Below, piece after piece: positions 59,395 through 64,000 of a stretch of DNA of 64,000 bases (position 1 is its first letter; each line of letters starts with the position of its first letter). The stretch covers positions 72,043-136,042 of the forward strand of contig CACJPL010000001.1 in the NCBI GenBank assembly GCA_902595285.1, read 5' to 3'. The stretch is from an uncultured Pelagibacteraceae bacterium (GTDB lineage Bacteria > Pseudomonadota > Alphaproteobacteria > Pelagibacterales > Pelagibacteraceae). A model generated the notes under the pieces. It ran no database searches, was not told the DNA's origin, and saw only the letters and a list, made by a program, of their open reading frames with translations. The position numbers and the translations under genes were made by a program.

Positions 59395-60071
59395 AAATAA
59401 AAACCTTACAAGAAATTTTAAAATATAAATCATTAAAAAAAGAATTTGCTATTTTAACAGATTTAAAAAACGGTGATAGTGAGATATTTATACCTAATCA
59501 AATTATAAAAGGGGAATTTTCAAAATATTTAGATGAAATTGAAATAATTTTTAAATCTAATAAAAATGGTATTTTGAAAAATGAAGAAATATTTGTCCAG
59601 ACATGTAAAAATCCAATTAAAGTAATTATAGTTGGCGCAGTTCACATAGCAGAATATCTGATCAACTATGCAAAAAGTTTAAATTTTGAAATAACAATTA
59701 TAGACCCTAGGGGTTTTTTTGCTTCTAGAGAAAAATTTCCTGACACAAAAATAATTAATAAATGGCCAACTGAAGCTTTCAAAGAGATAGAGACTAATTC
59801 AAAAACTGCATTAATTGCTTTAACACATGACCCAAAAATTGACGACCCAGCTTTACAGTATGCTTTAAAAAATAAATTTTTTTATATAGGTGCTCTAGGG
59901 AGTAAAAAAACCCATGAAAAAAGGTGCTTAAGATTAATTGAGTCTGGTTTTAAAAATGAAGAAATTAAATTAATAAATGGACCTATAGGTATTAAATTAG
60001 GTGGAAAATCTCCATCAGAAATAGCTCTATCAATTGTTGCTCAACTTGTTTCAGAAAAATATAAAAATTAA
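59391..60071 (+). CDS. xdhC: XdhC C-terminal Rossmann-domain protein
   Basis: GAVHIA, IDPR, THDPKIDD, YIGALGS, GPIG, PSEIALSI. Confidence 0.88.
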   Translation: MKIKTLQEILKYKSLKKEFAILTDLKNGDSEIFIPNQIIKGEFSKYLDEIEIIFKSNKNGILKNEEIFVQTCKNPIKVIIVGAVHIAEYLINYAKSLNFEITIIDPRGFFASREKFPDTKIINKWPTEAFKEIETNSKTALIALTHDPKIDDPALQYALKNKFFYIGALGSKKTHEKRCLRLIESGFKNEEIKLINGPIGIKLGGKSPSEIALSIVAQLVSEKYKN

Positions 60072-60132
60072 AATTCATATTTACCTAAAATCTTATCTTG
60101 TTCTTATTATTTAAAAGGTTAAAAATTTAAAA

Positions 60133-60378
60133 ATGAACGATAACGAAAAAAAAGAACTTCAATCAGCTGCATTTGAAAGATTATTAGAGCACTTAGATCA
60201 AAGAAAAGATGTTCAAAATATCGATCTTATGAACTTGGCGGGTTTCTGCAGAAATTGTTTATCAAGATGGTTTAGGGAAGAAGGTGAAAAAAAAGGAATT
60301 ATGATTTCAGATCTACAAGCAAGACAACATGTTTATGGTATGCCCTATTCTGAATGGAAAGAAAAATATCAAAAATAA
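60133..60378 (+). CDS. DUF1244 family protein
   Basis: DVQNIDLMNLAGFCRNCLSRW, YGMPYSEWK. Confidence 0.88.
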   Translation: MNDNEKKELQSAAFERLLEHLDQRKDVQNIDLMNLAGFCRNCLSRWFREEGEKKGIMISDLQARQHVYGMPYSEWKEKYQK

Positions 60379-60879
60379 TTATTTTTCTTTTAATCTTGGA
60401 AATAATTCAACGAAATTACAAGGTTTATGATTAATATCTAATTGATGTTTTAAAATACCCTCCCATGCGTCCGTTACGCCACCTGAAGATCCAGGTAATG
60501 CAAAAATATATTTCCCATTTGATAAAACAGCACAAGCTCTAGACTGAATCGATGATGTTCCAACTGTTTTTAAACTGATTGTTCTAAAAACTTCACCAAA
60601 ACCAGGTATATGTTTGTCCGCAATTTCTTCTAATGCCTCTGGAGTAATATCTCTTCCTGTTAAACCTGTTCCTCCAGTAGTAATAATAACATCAATATCT
60701 TTGTGATCAGTCCATATTTTTAAAATTGATACAATATCTTCTTTGTTATCTTTACAAATTTTTCTTTCAATTAATTTATGATTAGCTTTAGTGATTTTAT
60801 CTACAAGGATTGCTCCTGATTTATCATTATCAATTGTCCTAGTATCTGTTACAGTTAATAAAGCTATATTTACAATCAT
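60379..60879 (-). CDS. moaB: Molybdenum cofactor biosynthesis protein MoaB/MogA
   Basis: TVTD, TTGGTG, RDITPEA, LPGS, PCNF. Confidence 0.9.
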   Translation of the reverse strand: MIVNIALLTVTDTRTIDNDKSGAILVDKITKANHKLIERKICKDNKEDIVSILKIWTDHKDIDVIITTGGTGLTGRDITPEALEEIADKHIPGFGEVFRTISLKTVGTSSIQSRACAVLSNGKYIFALPGSSGGVTDAWEGILKHQLDINHKPCNFVELFPRLKEK

Positions 60880-60890
60880 AAATTTTTAAG

Positions 60891-61637
60891 ATGATTATAC
60901 TAACAATATTTTTTTTTATAACTGCTATTTTATACTCAAGTATTGGTTTTGGGGGTGGATCTACATATTTAGCTTTAATGTTAATATGGGATATTCCTTA
61001 CTATATTTTTCCGATTTTAGCATTATTTTGTAACATCATTGTAGTGTCTGGCAATTCAATAAATTTTGTAAGAACTAAAAATATAAACTTTAAATTACTT
61101 TTTCCATATTTAATTGGATCTATACCTTTTGCTTTTTTTGGTGCATCAATATCTATTGAAAAAAATTTATTTGAAAAATTACTTTTCTTAATTTTAATCA
61201 TAGCCGGAATATTCTTATTAATTGAAAGTAAATCTTTTAACAAAAATCAAATCAAAATTAATCAAATACCAAAAATAATATCAATAGTTATTGGCTCTAT
61301 TATTGGTTTTATTTCTGGTTTAGTTGGGATAGGAGGAGGAATATTTTTAAGTCCTATTTTATTTCTTATGAGGGCGGGATATCCAAAACATATAACAAGC
61401 ACAGCATCTTTATTTATACTTATAAACTCGATATTTGGTATAATTGGACATTTAACGAAGGATGTAGTTTTAGAAGAATTTTTGAATTATTGGTCACTTT
61501 TCTTAGCTGTATTAATCGGTGGACAAATTGGAAGTTACTTAAATATAAAATTTTTATCTAACAAATTTCTCGCTTTAATAACTTCCTTCTTGGTTATTTT
61601 TGTAGCGATACGGATGGGTATTAGGTTGTTCTCATAA
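60891..61637 (+). CDS. Sulfite exporter TauE/SafE family
   Basis: GFGGGS and GLVGIGGGIFLSP duplicated motif; about 8 TM. Confidence 0.88.
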   Translation: MIILTIFFFITAILYSSIGFGGGSTYLALMLIWDIPYYIFPILALFCNIIVVSGNSINFVRTKNINFKLLFPYLIGSIPFAFFGASISIEKNLFEKLLFLILIIAGIFLLIESKSFNKNQIKINQIPKIISIVIGSIIGFISGLVGIGGGIFLSPILFLMRAGYPKHITSTASLFILINSIFGIIGHLTKDVVLEEFLNYWSLFLAVLIGGQIGSYLNIKFLSNKFLALITSFLVIFVAIRMGIRLFS

Positions 61638-61674
61638 TCTTGATTATAATTAATTTTAGAGTATTAAAGGATTT

Positions 61675-62265
61675 ATGAAAAATCTTAAACCTTTTGGTCC
61701 ATCAATAGGAATTACTAAAATCTCAAAAAAATTTTTAGGTGTATTAAATAAAGAAATTGATAATAAAATTTTGACAAAAAATAATGATTATAGCTTAAAG
61801 CTGGCCAGTCAGATTAAAAAAGAAATTAAAATTTCTGATAATTTTATAAAAAAAAATTTAGAGAGAGAAATAAAAAAAAATATAAAAATTTTTCTTAAAA
61901 ATGAAAAGATTAAAAAGATTAAAGATATAAAAATATTAAATTTATGGGTAGTTAGTCAATTTAAAGATGAATATAACCCTATACATTACCACGATGGAGA
62001 GTTATCTGGTGTTGGTTATTTAAAAATCCCAAAAAATATGACTAAAAATAAATTTTTAAAAACTAAAAAAGATAAGACTAATGGAACAATTGATTTTATA
62101 AACGGACAAAAAGGTTTTTTGAGTAAAAGTATTTTTAACGTCGTACCTAAACAAAGAGATCTGCTGATTTTCCCAAATTACTTAATGCATACAGCGTATC
62201 CATTTAATATTAATGCTGAAAGAAGATCTTTTTCTTTTAATGCTAAAATTATTTTTAAAAAGTAA
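61675..62265 (+). CDS. Putative 2OG-Fe(II) oxygenase
   Basis: YNPIHYH, SGVGYL, IFPNYLMH, RRSFSFN. Confidence 0.8.
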   Translation: MKNLKPFGPSIGITKISKKFLGVLNKEIDNKILTKNNDYSLKLASQIKKEIKISDNFIKKNLEREIKKNIKIFLKNEKIKKIKDIKILNLWVVSQFKDEYNPIHYHDGELSGVGYLKIPKNMTKNKFLKTKKDKTNGTIDFINGQKGFLSKSIFNVVPKQRDLLIFPNYLMHTAYPFNINAERRSFSFNAKIIFKK

Positions 62266-63170
62266 TGATTAACAAAGATTATTTTAGACAAACTAGAATT
62301 TTAGATGGTGGAATGGGTCAAGAATTACTTGCAAGAGGAATGAAACCAAATTCAACATTATGGAGTGCTAATGCAATATTAGATGAAAATTACCATCAAC
62401 TTGTTTTAGATACTCACCTCGATTTTATAAAAGCGGGAGCAGAAATTATTATCACAACTACTTTTGCAACACGACAGAAACGTTTAAAAGAGAATAACCT
62501 TTTAGATAAATTTGAATATTTAAATCAAAAGGCAGGTGAAATTGCTCAAGCTGCAAAACAAAAATTTCCCAGTACTTTTATTGCTGGTGGTATACCTCCT
62601 CAAAATTTAACATATGAAGCAGATGATAGAGACGAATTTGAAATCATTGAAAACTTTAATAGTCAAGCAAAGGCCTTAAATCCATATGTTGATTTTTTTT
62701 ACTTTGATGTCTGGAGTAGTATTAAAGAGGTTGAATGTGGTATTGAAGCAATTAAAGAATTTAAAAAACCCTATTTAGTTGGATTGCATATATCTGAGGG
62801 AACAACGTTACCAAGTGGAGAAAAAATTAAAGAAGTAAAAAATATAATTGATGAAAATGCTCTTGGTGTGATGCTATCTTGTGTATCTCCTGAAAATTTT
62901 GAGAAAAATTTAGTAGAATTAAAAAGTTTAAATATACCATTTGGTTTCAAATTAAACGGTTTTGTTACTACTAAACTGGAGGAAAGTTATACATCTATTT
63001 TTATAGGTAAAAAATCTAATCCAAATGAAATTTTAGGAAAAAGGCAAGATCTTACACCAATTAAAATTCAAGAAATTGCTCAAAAATTTAAAGATGCTGG
63101 GGCAACTATTCTTGGAGGATGTTGCGAAACAAGTCCTTCTCACATAGAGGCAATTTCAAGAATTAAATAA
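62265..63170 (+). CDS. Homocysteine S-methyltransferase family
   Basis: ILDGGMGQEL, H.DFIKAGA, SC and GGCC Zn ligands. Confidence 0.88.
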   Translation: MINKDYFRQTRILDGGMGQELLARGMKPNSTLWSANAILDENYHQLVLDTHLDFIKAGAEIIITTTFATRQKRLKENNLLDKFEYLNQKAGEIAQAAKQKFPSTFIAGGIPPQNLTYEADDRDEFEIIENFNSQAKALNPYVDFFYFDVWSSIKEVECGIEAIKEFKKPYLVGLHISEGTTLPSGEKIKEVKNIIDENALGVMLSCVSPENFEKNLVELKSLNIPFGFKLNGFVTTKLEESYTSIFIGKKSNPNEILGKRQDLTPIKIQEIAQKFKDAGATILGGCCETSPSHIEAISRIK

Positions 63171-64000
63171 CATTTTTATAGTCTGCTTTTCTTGCTAAAT
63201 ATATTCCAATAAATACAGCAATTAATGCAACTATGATTTTTGAAGTAATTATTTCATTGAGAAATATATATCCCAAAATAATCCCAAATATTGGAATGAT
63301 ATATGAAACTTGTGAATGAAATATAAGACCATTTGTTTTTAAAATTTTGAATCTCAACAACCATGCTATGCCAGTAGGGAAAACACCTAAATATATTACA
63401 GATATAATTGATTCTGCTGAAGGGTTTAACATCCAAGGTTTTTCAAAAATTAAAGTAAATGGAAGAAGTATAATTGTTGACCAAATTAAAATTGAACCTG
63501 TAACATTTTCGTTTTTTTTGTTACTGATTTTTAGTGTTATTACTCCCCCAATTACATAACAAGTAGATCCAAGTAGAATTAAAAGAGCAGCAATAAAATT
63601 ATTTTCATTTATTAAAAAATTGTCTGAAAATAAAAAAACTATTCCCGAAAATCCTATTAATAATCCAATAGTTTTTAATAGATTAAATTTTTCTCCTTTT
63701 AAAAAGAAGTGAGCAAAAACAGTTGCGCTTAATGGTGTTGTAGACATCAAAATAGCAGCTAAGTTACTTTGAACATAATTTACTCCATATGATATAAGTA
63801 TGAATGGAATAGCTAAATTTACTAATCCTATAATTGCAAACCACTTCCAATCCTTCGAAAATGCTTCAATTTTTATATTTTTATAAAAACACAAAATTAA
63901 AACTGGTATAGCGCCTAAAAAAGATCTTAAAAACCCTATTGTGATAGGTCCAAATGAAAATGTAGCAATCTTAATATTAAAAAAAGCTGATGCCCATATT
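63163..64000 (-). CDS. EamA/DMT family transporter, N-terminus beyond the window
   Basis: Frame is open to the window end (IWASAFFNIK...); multiple TM helices. Confidence 0.88.
   Translation of the reverse strand, partial: IWASAFFNIKIATFSFGPITIGFLRSFLGAIPVLILCFYKNIKIEAFSKDWKWFAIIGLVNLAIPFILISYGVNYVQSNLAAILMSTTPLSATVFAHFFLKGEKFNLLKTIGLLIGFSGIVFLFSDNFLINENNFIAALLILLGSTCYVIGGVITLKISNKKNENVTGSILIWSTIILLPFTLIFEKPWMLNPSAESIISVIYLGVFPTGIAWLLRFKILKTNGLIFHSQVSYIIPIFGIILGYIFLNEIITSKIIVALIAVFIGIYLARKADYKNVI

Noticed and set aside
59062-60071. xdhC as a frameshifted pseudogene
   Set aside because: Clean ATGA coupling, both halves intact, and split XdhC is common in alphaproteobacteria.
62200-62265. SAM riboswitch before the homocysteine methyltransferase
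   Set aside because: No intergenic space (TAATG overlap) and no aptamer motif seen.
1-64000. tRNA, rRNA, integrase, IS, prophage or defence systems
   Set aside because: None recognised; intergenic gaps are short and no transposase, nuclease or phage motifs appear in the ORFs.

Overview
AT-rich, very densely packed bacterial window. Gene content and streamlining point to Pelagibacterales (SAR11), which is an inference. Left end (1-3.2 kb): partial ABC ATPase, thioredoxin, a TPP-type riboswitch in front of a thiV-like Na+:solute symporter, and a pentapeptide-repeat protein. Centre (about 3.3-55 kb): a large sugar, polyol, inositol and sulfosugar catabolic island with three ABC systems, one TTT, one TRAP and many oxidoreductases, but only one recognisable regulator. 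Right end (55-64 kb): moaACDE-msrPQ, split xdhC, moaB, TauE, a homocysteine methyltransferase and EamA. No rRNA, tRNA, CRISPR array or mobile element was seen. Top observation: a diheme cytochrome c peroxidase/MauG-like gene has no canonical start codon of its own. Its frame stays open codon-for-codon through the antisense strand of an entire Sel1-repeat gene, which uses none of the codons (TTA/CTA/TCA) that would create antisense stops. This is a probable genuine sense/antisense gene pair. It sits inside a TRAP + GH188 sulfoquinovosidase-like operon next to a sulfolactate dehydrogenase homolog. Also notable are a eukaryote-type C11orf54/DUF1907 gene among divergent PanB- and PanE-like genes, and a TPP riboswitch with a degenerate pyrophosphate arm. 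Family calls come from motif recognition, not database searches.
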